64,000 nt of DNA from Azolla caroliniana (lineage: Eukaryota; Plantae; Polypodiophyta), in the NCBI GenBank assembly GCA_043228905.1, contig JBHGNT010000012.1, positions 5,952,001 through 6,016,000 on the forward strand. The letters are read 5' to 3'. Under the pieces are notes generated by a model. It was not told the DNA's origin, did no database searches, and saw only the letters and a program-made list of their open reading frames with translations. Below are positions 25,501-36,100 of the stretch, piece by piece. How positions within the stretch are numbered: position 1 is the stretch's first letter; every line of letters starts with the position of its first letter. The translations under genes were made by a program, and so were the position numbers.

Positions 25501-26081
25501 AAAGTAGCTAATTAGCTATCCTAAATAACTGTCATGTTATTGTAGAATCTTGTGGATTAAGGACGGCACATGATGTGTCTGGTGCTGATGATGCTGCAAC
25601 AGATGAGGATACTACTGCCAATGTGGCTGAAAGTAAGAGTCCTGCTATCACATCTCCTTCAGATCAGCTGCACCCTATTCTTTTGGAACAGTGTACTGAA
25701 TTAGGCAACGATGTGAAATGCCATGAAATAGTGGAAACAACATGTAAAACTGAGGTTCACAACAACAGTGTTTATGAACACTTGATGCAACATTTCTTCG
25801 AGTCTCAAGACCTTGATTCCACCCCACCGAGCCCAACTACTGAAAATGTCCAAACAGATCCCTCTGTACTTGAAAAGCTAGTTCAAGAAACGGCTGATGT
25901 GCAATTAGCTGCTGAGGCGATGGGAAGGTTGTCGGAGGAGGACACACTTGCGCATTGGGTCCTAGAAGCAAGGCTAAATGGGGAACCAACCAGAAAAAGG
26001 CTGAAGAAGGGGCCACGATCGGGAACAAGACCAGTTACTCGGTCAAGGGGCCTAGACGTAGTGGAGCGAAATACTGTTTAG
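22568..26081 (+). CDS. S1 cargo gene, 6 predicted exons (22568-22671, 22768-22824, 23450-24131, 24210-24353, 24438-24771, 25546-26081): unknown domain + coiled coil + RING-H2 + acidic/basic tail; one in-frame TAG at 24252
   Basis: All GT-AG junctions are phase-compatible (1857 nt in total); RING-H2 CIVC...CNHTYHLLC...CLGDC; homologue in S2. Confidence 0.7.
22870..23345. repeat. Intronic ~13/26-bp repeat array rich in telo-box (TTAGGGTTT)
   Basis: GATTAGGGTTT.TGATTGAAATTTCT units; about a dozen (T/A)TAGGGTTT copies. Confidence 0.85.
24785..25522. repeat. Array of the palindrome TAGCTAATTAGCTA filling cargo intron 5
   Basis: Dozens of copies between donor 24772 and acceptor 25545. Confidence 0.95.
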
Positions 26082-26330
26082 TTGGATATGATTGTTAGCT
26101 TAGGGATTTTGCTAGGGTTTTATGAAGTTTTACTATCCTGTTGGACAAGTAAAACCTCAGATTGGTTGTTGCTTGATCCACATTATGTAATGGAACTCTA
26201 TGATGTTTTTCCAAGATAATTTGAAGAGTGTTGTTCTATGACTGAAACTCTTTGATGTTCAGGATATTGTTTTGTGAGACTATTAGTTACTTTGTGAGTG
26301 TGAATATGTTGGTGTTTTCTGATGTTGCAG

Positions 26331-27385
26331 AGTCTAAAGGGTTTGATTCTATTGCTCGTAAGGCCAATGGCAGTGTGGATACTGTTGATGTTGCGGCATG
26401 TTTAAAGGGCCCCATCTTGAAAGTAGATGTAGCAATTGACACAAGTGATCTGGTCACACAAGTTGATCAAGCATGTAGCACGGATGACTTGGTGTTGCAG
26501 GTAGATGCAGCATGTAGCACGGATGACTTGGTGTTGCAGGTAGATGTAGCATGTAGCACGGATGACTTGGTGTTGCAGGTAGATGCAGCATGTGATACCA
26601 GTGGACTGATATCGAGCAGAACAGTAGCTACATGCACTGAGGTAATCCAAGGATTGATAACTAAGTCGACAAAACAAGAGCACCAGAATGTGAAGCTAGG
26701 CCCAACACAGTCGACTAGGGGTTTAAAGAGGAAAAGGACACCAGTTGTGTCAGCCGAACCTGAGCTGATTGAGATTGATCGTATCCTACCAGAAAATGGT
26801 GTAACAGCGGCTCAGTTTCAGGAATGGAAACCTAAACCACTAGAAGTCGAAAGAAGAGCCTTGATCTTGGAGCTTGATAAAGTCTTGATGAGTGTGAGAT
26901 ATATGCAGCCAAGGAGGGACACAAATCAGTTTCTAGAGTGGGCTGTGGAATACTTTGATTTGTTTATTTGGAGTGAAAAACCAAAATCAGATGTGTGGAA
27001 GTGTTTGGCAAGATTCTTCCCAAAATGGCAAAGTCGTTTTAAAGGTCAATGGGCACGAGAAAATTGTGAGCAAATGGAAGCTGCAAGATTCAAGAGACTT
27101 TCTGATTTTTGGGCTACTTGGCCTGAATATAATGCCGACAATACATTGATTTTGGATACAGAACATTTCCGACACTACTTCAATATTCGGAGATGCTGTC
27201 TCATTCTACCCGAGGAAATGCCTGAACAGTACCTGGTGCAAACAGTGAGCTGCCAACTAGGTGCATGGTTGTGGACTCCATACCGAGCTCAATATGCGGA
27301 TAATATATGTAGACTCGTTCCACTGACTAGCAAGAGCTTAGCTGTTTATAGGAGATTTGTAGACATTTCCAATGGTAATTTATAA
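26331..27385 (+). CDS. FCP1/NIF (HAD-superfamily) homology domain exon with a 13-aa repeat; likely pseudophosphatase
   Basis: ALILELDKVL (motif I, DxDx(T/V) altered), QFLEWAVEYFDLFIWS, KRLSDFW...YNADNTLILDT; TTGCAG acceptor at 26330 in phase 1; ACSTDDLVLQVDA (39 bp) x3. Confidence 0.7.
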
Positions 27386-27754
27386 ATATGTAAAGAGATG
27401 ACATTATTCAATGAAGAATTTAATTACTTGTTCCCACTGTACTTATCTACTGTATAATTTGAGGAATATGTTGCAGATTGTTGATTTCATTCTATTGATG
27501 ACTATTTAGCTATTGACAGCTAATTAGCTGCATTTGTACAGCTAATTAGCTGCATTTGTACAACTAATTAGCTACTGATGACTATTTCGCTATAACTTAT
27601 AACTTAAAACTTAACAAAAAAGACATGATTTTATTGAGAAAGAAGCACATAAAGCAGACTGTATACAAGAAATTGATTCCAAACGAATTTATTTAACTGT
27701 TTTCGCGAAATACATGTTTGTTTTACAAGAGAACATGGTAAGTGCTACTTGTAG

Positions 27755-29596
27755 CTACAAATTCCATGGCATACTATTGTAAATACATTCATACACATTC
27801 GCACCAACAGTGTATAAACCGGAGCAGCTATTGTATTCTGACATTGGGACGTTGATGCATCTGACCAAATGAGAGTACATATACGCCGCTGGTTTGTCTT
27901 CTAACAGCCTATACTTATATTCGTAGTCATCTAGTTTTGCATAAAAAATGCCTTCGATGTAGAATGTCCCGGCAGATACAAAATTTCCCCATGCATCTAC
28001 AATATTCTGCCTTGCACACTGTTTACTAACCGTGCACTTTAATATATAGAAATCAGCACCCTCTGAATTGCCTTCTTCAGCATTTACAGCGAAGTTATCC
28101 CCAACGTTCAGGACATCACTCAAAGTATCTCCAAGTCCCTCATATGTGAAGTCAGCATTCTGCCCTGTTTCTCCATCAACTGCTTCCTTATCATTCAGAG
28201 TGTGATACTCCCAATTCTGAATGTATGCTTTGTTTAGACAATATCTCCAATTTCCCTGCACACAATGGAAGCAAAAACAAGTCAATTCTCTAACCGCAAT
28301 ACAATGACCATCCAACCTGGAATAACCGCGAACAGCATGCACAGATCGCAATTCGGGAATTCCTTGGCACTCCCAGGTCTTCTCCCTATTTACTTCATCT
28401 ATCTTCACTTCCCAAAATTCACGTTTGATATCTCGAACTTGCGAGGAATAAACACCTGTGGCACTCGTTGACATATTTGTTCTTAAAAATTCAACTACAT
28501 GTGATGCACAATTCATGTGCACACCATCTGTCTTTAGTTGTTCATGGGTAAGTGCCCGCTTTATAACAGCCCCTGCACCATCATGTTCACCTTTACCATG
28601 GCCAGACCCAAAAAAATTCCATCTCATCTCCAAACCTGTTATAGCAGGATACCTCCCCACAAAATAAAATGGACGTCGAGCCTTGAATTGTGACGCAGCT
28701 CCGTCAGACCAGACCCAATGTTGAGTAAGCTCCAAACATTGAGCTAATAACCACTGCCAATGTAACTTAAAACAGTGTTGGACGAACAAGGTATCATGCT
28801 TCTTATCATCGGAAATAAAGAAATGAATTACTTTTTTAACATCACCTGAAACTCGAAAATATGTTATGTGCACAAAAATGGTTACCTGAACTGAACACCA
28901 ATGCATAGATTGAATTTCATTCTGCTGCTTGAAAGTATAATTCTCTGCGAAATCTACTACTGAGACTACTACATCATTTGGGAAATCAGATATGCAAGTC
29001 TTAAACTGATGGGCCTGCCATGAATAAATGAAGTTGTGTTTAATGAACTTTCCTAGAGATACTACAAACAGAGACACCAAATCCCTTGGTTTAAGCATCT
29101 TCCGAACTAGATCCTTTCTTTTACACACCTTTCCTTCGAAATTGGTGTTCACTGACTCAAATAACTTCACAGAGATCAATATTTCACTACTCAATTCATT
29201 TGGACACCACCTAAATCTAGTAGGGCCACAATCTTGACATAAACCCATGACACATTTATGAATATGGAAGATAGCGTCAATTTCTCTCGGACACAATATT
29301 GAATCTAATAAATAACTCATGGAAGAGATAACGTGCTCAGATGATTTACACTCCTCTTGCGGGCTTGATCGACAGATTGGGCACCCACATGTGCAAACGG
29401 TATTAGTTAGGGATGCGCTATGGTGACGTAGTAGATTAACAGAGTCCTTCAGAAAACCCATCTGTACATGGTAAATGCAACAACATGTGTATCGATCCTT
29501 TAAGCGTCTCACAAAGTGTGGCTTAAGAGACTCGAATGTTCGTAGTTGAACTTTGATAGTTGGATGCATTCGTTTGAACCTAATAAATAAATCGAC
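27755..29596 (-). CDS. S1 transposase exon 2 (catalytic DDD domain)
   Basis: CCCIYH, Cys-rich region, VVDFAENY, QNEIQSMHW, SDDKKHD, WVWSDGAASQFK, FFGSGHGKGEHDGAG, CFCFHC...C; CAG acceptor before 29596 is in frame. Confidence 0.9.
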   Translation of the reverse strand, partial: VDLFIRFKRMHPTIKVQLRTFESLKPHFVRRLKDRYTCCCIYHVQMGFLKDSVNLLRHHSASLTNTVCTCGCPICRSSPQEECKSSEHVISSMSYLLDSILCPREIDAIFHIHKCVMGLCQDCGPTRFRWCPNELSSEILISVKLFESVNTNFEGKVCKRKDLVRKMLKPRDLVSLFVVSLGKFIKHNFIYSWQAHQFKTCISDFPNDVVVSVVDFAENYTFKQQNEIQSMHWCSVQVTIFVHITYFRVSGDVKKVIHFFISDDKKHDTLFVQHCFKLHWQWLLAQCLELTQHWVWSDGAASQFKARRPFYFVGRYPAITGLEMRWNFFGSGHGKGEHDGAGAVIKRALTHEQLKTDGVHMNCASHVVEFLRTNMSTSATGVYSSQVRDIKREFWEVKIDEVNREKTWECQGIPELRSVHAVRGYSRLDGHCIAVRELTCFCFHCVQGNWRYCLNKAYIQNWEYHTLNDKEAVDGETGQNADFTYEGLGDTLSDVLNVGDNFAVNAEEGNSEGADFYILKCTVSKQCARQNIVDAWGNFVSAGTFYIEGIFYAKLDDYEYKYRLLEDKPAAYMYSHLVRCINVPMSEYNSCSGLYTVGANVYECIYNSMPWNL

Positions 29597-29624
29597 CTGC
29601 GTAATAAAGGGGAATTAGTTATTC

Positions 29625-30800
29625 TCGTAACTAGCTAACTATCCTAGTAGCTAATTAGCTATTCTAGTAGCTAGTTAGCTATTCTAGTAGCTAGTTAGCT
29701 ATTCTAGTAGCTAATTAGCTATCATGGTAGCTAATTAGCTGTCCTAGTAGCTAATTAGTTGTCCTAGTAGCTAATTAGCTATCATGGTAGTTAATTAGCT
29801 GTTGTAGTAGCTAATTAGCTATCATGGTAGCTAATTAGCTATTCTAGTAGCTAATTAGCTATCATGGTAGCTAATTAGCTGTCGTAGTAGCTAATTAGCT
29901 ATCATGGTAGCTAATTAGCTGTCCTAGTAGCTAATTAGTTGTCCTAGTAGCTAATTAGCTATCATGGTAGCTAATTAGCTCCTCTAGTAGCTAATTAGCT
30001 ATCATGGTGGCTAATTAGCTTTCCTAGTAACTAATTAGCTATCATGGTAGCTAATTAGCTTGTCTAGTAGCTAATTAGCTATCATGGTGGCTAATTAGCT
30101 ATCATGGTAGCTAATTAGCTGGTCTAGTAGCTAATTAGCTATCATGGTAGCTAATTAGCTGGTCTAGTAGCTAATTAGCTATAATGGTGGCTGATTAGCT
30201 TTCCTAGTAACTAATTAGCTATCATGGTAGCTAATTAGCTATCATGGTGGCTAATTAGCTGTCCTAGTAACTAATTAGCTATCATGGTAGCTAATTAGCT
30301 GGTCTAGTAGCTAATTAGCTATAATGGTGGCTAATTAGCTATCCTAACTAATTAGCTATCATGGTGGCTAATTAGCTGTCCTAGTAACTAATTAGCTATC
30401 ATGGTAGCTAATTAGCTGGTCTAGTAGCTAATTAGCTATAATGGTGGCTAATTAGCTATCCTAACTAATTAGCTATCATGGTAGTAGCTATTGAGAGTAG
30501 CCAGTTACCTATGTAGTAGCTATCATAGTAGCTAATTAGCTATCATGGTAGCTAATTAGCTTTCCTAGTAGCTAATTAGCTGGTAATAACGAAATAGCTA
30601 ACTAGCTACCATGATAGCTAACTAGCTAGCAGTACAGCTAATTATCTGGTAGTACCTAAATTAGCTATTGAGAATAGCTAATTAGCTATCATGGTAGTAA
30701 CTATTGAGAGTAGCTAGTTACCTATGTAGTAGCGATCCTAGTAGCTAACTGAGGTAAATGTAACTGATAAGCTAATTAGCTTTTCTGCTAACTGAGCTAA
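29625..30800. repeat. ~20-bp-period array of TAGCTAATTAGCT filling the transposase intron (29597-30849)
   Basis: Constant core with alternating 7-nt linkers (ATCATGG / GTCCTAG / GGTCTAG), giving a ~40-bp higher-order unit. Confidence 0.95.
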
Positions 30801-30849
30801 TTAACTTTCCGAGTAGAGTCAAAACAAATGTTGAGATAAATGTAAATAC

Positions 30850-31599
30850 CTGAGGTACATCAAGAAGATGAATGGGATGCTCCTCGTATTGATTTCTTCC
30901 AACACGTTTCCTGCATAAATCCTTTTTATTGGGTGAAACCCTACTCTCATTAGTCCAAAACATTGTGATTACATCCTTGATTTCAAATGTTATGGGTGTC
31001 ATTGGCTTACCTCTTGTAGTTAGCTTTAGTAGACTAGTTCCTTTACCCGAGGAAATTATACGGTTCATTGTATTGTACACTGTTTTTCTACTAACACCAA
31101 TTACCTTAGATAGCTCACTGATGTTTATATCGTCAACATCACTATTAAGTAACATCATTAGACTAGACCTTTTTAAGACAAGATCATCTTCTGACCTGCT
31201 CATGGATACGAAACTATTACGAAGATTATTTACTAAAATAGATGATATGTTTGCATTAAGACCATCACAATCAACTAAGTCCTTTATCGATGGATCATTA
31301 CATATTCCATAAAGTACTACCTTCTTTTCTTCATTGCTGATGTGCTTGGTTTGAACATTGAAATAGTCTACAACCTTTCTCTCTATGATGGTAGTCGCAT
31401 TACTTACATTCTCAGCTAAACTATCCTTACCTTTACTGAGTGTGGCTTTCGTATCCTTCAACAATTGACGATGTTTCCTTTTTTTTTCTGCCCAATAGTT
31501 TCGTATGGCTTGTTGTGTCCTGATAACATCATCCCTATCCTTATGATCATTGAGGGGTAATTCTAAACACCCTTCTTCCCCTTCCATTTGGCTAGACAT
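30850..31599 (-). CDS. S1 transposase exon 1 (HTH-containing N-terminus); spliced product 863 aa, intact
   Basis: ISELSKVIGVSRKTVY helix-turn-helix-like, FWTNESRVSPNKKD; donor CAG|GTATT in phase 0. Confidence 0.85.
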
Positions 31600-31935
31600 G
31601 TTAAAACCCTAAATTTCCAGAAAAAAAAACAAGTATTAAAGATGGCTATGGGCAACAACAATACACAAAAATATTCCACACATATACACAAGATTAGACA
31701 CAACAATACACAAGATAATCAATAGACAGAAAAGTTATTGCAATCCAAGACCGAACAGTAGAGGATTTCACTCTGTTGGATCCAACAGTTGAGGAGGCGA
31801 TCCAAGACCGACCAATGGCAACAACTGAGTGTAGAATGTTGCCGTTGGATGAGTGAACTCCGTCAAATCGAAATGTGGAAGCAATCCGGGACTGGACAGT
31901 AGTGGCAACTGAGTATAGAATGATGGCAATGGAGG

Positions 31936-32668
31936 AGAGAACCCCGTCAGATTGAACAGTTACCGATGATGCTTGAAACGCACGTAGAAGGCACTTGAGA
32001 ATAGAGTGGCATAGAGAAGAGAACCCCGTCAGATTGAATCAGTTACCAATGATGCTTGAAACGCACAGTAGCGGCCCCTGAGTGAGAGTGGAAAAGAGAA
32101 GAGAACCCCGTCAGATTGAACAGTTACCAATGATGCTTGAAACGCACAGTAGCGGCCCCTGAGTGAGAGTGGAAAAGAGAAGAGAACCCCGTCAGATTGA
32201 ACAGTTACCAATGATGCTTGAAACGCACAGTAGCAACCCCTGAGTGTAGAGTGGCAAAGAGAAGAGAACCCCGTCAGATTGAACAGCTCTTTGATGATGC
32301 TTGGAACGCACAGCAGCGGCCCCTGAGTGTAGAGTGGCACAGAGAAGAGAACCCCCTCAGATTGAACAGCTCTTTGATGATGCTTGGAACGCACAGTAAT
32401 GGCCCCTGAGTGTAGAGTGGCACAGAGAAGAGAACCCCCTCAGATTGAACAGCTCTTTGATGATGCTTGGAACGCACAGTAATGGCCCCTGAGTGTAGAG
32501 TGGCACAGAGAAGAGAACCCCGTCAGATTGAACAGCTCTTTGATGATGCTTGGAATGCACAGTAGTGGCCCCTGAGTGTAGAGTGTCACAGAGAAGAGAA
32601 CCCCGTCAGATTGAGCAGCTCTTTGATGATGCTTGGAACGCACAGTAGCGGCCCCTCAGTGTAGAGTG
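31936..32668. repeat. 83-bp tandem repeat (~9 copies) upstream of the S1 transposase
   Basis: GAGAACCCCGTCAGATTGAACAG...GATGCTTGGAACGCACAGTAG..GCCCCTGAGTGTAGAGTGGCACAGAGAA; period confirmed by ORFs at 32274/32357/32440. Confidence 0.95.
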
Positions 32669-33142
32669 GCGGCAGGTGGACTCGATAGGGTTTAGCAACA
32701 GTGGTAGCAACTAACCCACAGTACTCAACTAGAGATGGCCTACGTGATGTGGCAAAGGATCATGCATAATGGACCTAGGAATTCGATATATAATTTATGG
32801 TACACATTTATGGTGCACACATCAATTTATGTTGCACATTTATGGCACTCATTTACATATGTAATTAAAACCCTCTAGTATTTTCAATGGTAGTTTTTTG
32901 CATACTTAATTTATTAATGATGGCTTTTTACTAAAATGACTATTTATCAATGGTAGCTTTTTGCATAGCTAATTAGCTATGTCAAGGACATAGCTAATTG
33001 TTTCCACTCGCATGCTTTCACCCCTAACCCTTCCGCACCTTCATTTTTACATGGTATAAGAGCGCGAGGGTTGAGAACCTCTACAACCGACATCAACATC
33101 TGAAGACAAACCCTAAGACCCGGTAAGAATAGAAAGAGAAGT

Positions 33143-36100
33143 GATGGACAGAGGAATGGCTACCTTAATTCCGGTGGAGAAGCTCGACAGATCCAACTAC
33201 GCATCTTGGTCATACAAGATGCACTAGTACCTGCTTTGGCATGGTTACTGGAGCTATGTCGACGGAGCTATCGACACGGCACTTGATGCGGCACACAAGA
33301 ACTTCCCAGTGTGGGAACAAGCGGCAAGCAGAGTGATGTATTGCTTTGTGTCCAGTGTCGGAGACCAGTTGCTGAGCCATGTCCGAGATGCCAAGACACT
33401 AAAAGAAGCTTGGCGAAACCTGAAGAAGGTTTTCGTGGCTAGCACTATGGCCCGGAAGCTGCAACTCCGACAAGAGTTGAGCAATGTCCGACAGAAGGAC
33501 ATGTCGGTAGCCGATTACACGGCCCGAATCAAAGAAATCTGTGACTCACTTGCCTCTATCAACGTCACTGTAGAGGTAGATGAGATGGTGCAGATCTGTC
33601 TTGGGGGCCTAGCATCTAAGTTCAGAGCGTTCCGAACGGTGGTGTTGTAGTGTATTTCGTACACTACGTTAAAAACTTATAAAGTACCGATTTAATAAAT
33701 ATGAATAAATAATAGAAAATATTAAAATATATATAACATGCATAGGGCAAGATTCGAACCTTACACCTCCACGTTAATAATGTAATGTCTTACCATTACA
33801 CTAGCATTTCATTAGTATTAAATAATAGATGTTCCACATAGAAAGGTTAGTTCATCTAGGATAAACTTTAATTAAAAGAAAACGCACGCTAAAAGAAAAA
33901 GCTACACATGCACATCTAGCGTGCATGAACGCTATAGTTGATAAAAAATGCACAAGTTAGAAAAAGCATGATCACTTTAGATAAAGCATATAGTCTATCT
34001 ATATGAAAAGCATGGAGTCTATAGTTAGAGAAGAAAAAGCATGGATTGTGAGGACTCTCTCATCACCATATAAGGATGGGGAGCACAATGTAATAGGTGT
34101 GTGAAATATTTGGGAAATTGGATATATTTCCTAAAACACCAATTAATAAACTATACTCGTGGGATTCACGAGATTTCTATATCTTTCTCTATCAATCTAA
34201 ATACATACTCTTACATAAATATTAATCAATAAAATACATTATACTTGTGGGATTCACAAGTATCTAATCATCTATTCATAATTAGAATCGTCTCAAATTC
34301 TTCCTCTTCCTAGTCCAAAACCCCAGTGGTTCCCACCCAACTCACGGAACGATCTGGCGCCGAAAGACACGATAGCGGTATGTACAAGGGAGAATACGCC
34401 GTCATTTTATGACTTACAGTCGATGCTCCTTGTAGAGGAGAACCACACCGGTGCGTCAACAAGTGCACCCACCGACAGACGGATGCTGTACATGGAGGCG
34501 GATCGACCCCATGGGCATGGTGGACGAGGCGGGTCGGCTCGCAATGGTAGCGGCCAGCAAGAGCAGGACCGAAGGCATAGAGAACGTGCCGACAGTAGTT
34601 CCGAACCCTCCACAAGCAGGGGGAGTCAAGGCGGCGCTGGAGGCCGGCAAGCAAAGGCCGATATGGAATGCTGGTACTGTGGTAAAAAGGGCCATAGAGA
34701 AAGAGAGTGTTGGAAGAAGCGCGCCGATTTGGACAGATCCAGATCCGGCAAGGCCGACAGAGAGAACCGACAATACTCGCACTACACAGAAGGATCGGGA
34801 GGATCCAAAACCGGATGCAGGTGCGGTTTACACAACTTGGGTGCTTCATCGAGGAAGAGGGCCAGATTATTGTGCAAGGGCGCAGAGATGGGAGGATGTT
34901 CATCCTCGACACCAATGACATCGGCACCGCTTTGTTCGCCAAAGGAAAGAAGATTGAATCGGATATTGATCTCTGGCACAAGCGGATCGGCCATGTCAAT
35001 TACCGGAGGCTTCAAGACCTGTAGACGAAACAAGTTGTTTTCAGTTTGCGGAAGTTCAGTGGCCGGAAGGTCCAAATATGTGAAGCCTACCAACTCGGGA
35101 AGCAACACCGGCTTCCATTCCCCACTGAACGAAACCATAGCTGTAACAAGCTCGACCTTATTCATTCGAATGTATGGGGACCGGCATAGAACGTTAGTCT
35201 TGGCGGGAGTTGATACTTCGTCTCCTTCATTGACGACTACAACCGGCACACATGGATCTACCTCATTGAGCGGAAGATCGAAGTCTTCGAGTGTTTCCGG
35301 AACCTACAAAGCTTGGTTGAACGGGAAACGGAGCGGAAGATCAAGTGCTTGCGGTCAAATGGTGGAAAAGAATATTTTTCCGGCCAATTCAATAGTTATC
35401 TGCAGCAAAAAGGAATTCGGAGAGAGTTCAACTGCAGATACACACCGGAGCAAAACGTTGTGGCCGAGAGGATGAACCGGTTGATTATCGATGCGGCAAG
35501 GGCAATGCTGGAGGAGAAGAGCATGCCTCATTTCTACTGGGTTGAGGTGGTTCGGATGACCGTCTATATCCAAAACCGAATCGGTGACAAGGTGTCAGCA
35601 CATGAGCTATATTTCGGGCGCAAGCCGAATTTGAGGCACCTTCGGATATTCGGTAGCATAACATATTTGCAATACCAGATGAGAAGCGGAGGAAGCTAGA
35701 TCCAAAGTTGGAGAAATGCATCCTCGTCGGTTACTGGCATGGGCAAAAGGGGTATAAGTGTTATAACCCCGAGACAAAGTAGGTCCGAGTTAGCCGGGAT
35801 GTTGAGTTTGATGAGACGACATCATGGTATGCCTTACCGGCTCCGACTTCCGACCCTGACCCGATACTGGAGGATGAGGCTAGTGAGCTTGAACCGGTCT
35901 AGTTAGAAGACGAAGGGTTCGAGACTCTAGATGTGAGTCCGGAATCGTTTCGGTTGAGCGGGCCGAACGAGCGACTAGGTCAGACAAACCAGTCAGAAGA
36001 TGAACCGGTGAGTAGTGGAGACTCTGCCGTGTTCCCCCCGCGCAAGGAACCGAGGAGACGGTTCACGCGCAAGGAAAAGGGGAAGAGGAAGATGCCGGAG

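Larger units (their letters stand above)
22317..33023. mobile_element. 10.7-kb Sola2-like DDD DNA transposon carrying cargo genes (element S1)
   Basis: 25-bp TIRs GGGT(A/G)AAAGCATGCGAGTGGAAACA (24/25; 22317-22341, 32999-33023), perfect 4-bp TSD CTAA (22313-16, 33024-27); empty site visible in the sister LTR at 38534-38545; superfamily label from GRG..CYC ends, 4-bp TSD and transposase motifs. Confidence 0.9.

Noticed and set aside
26252-26330. TTG/ATG start for the FCP1-like ORF
   Set aside because: The upstream part is T-rich and intron-like and ends in a good TTGCAG acceptor, so it is treated as a spliced exon.
29625-30800. Constant core with variable linkers resembling a CRISPR array
   Set aside because: Linkers are only 7 nt and recur, there are no unique spacers or cas genes, and the context is a eukaryotic intron.
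32029-32643. Several similar 63-121 aa ORFs
   Set aside because: By-products of the 83-bp tandem repeat, whose period is not a multiple of 3.
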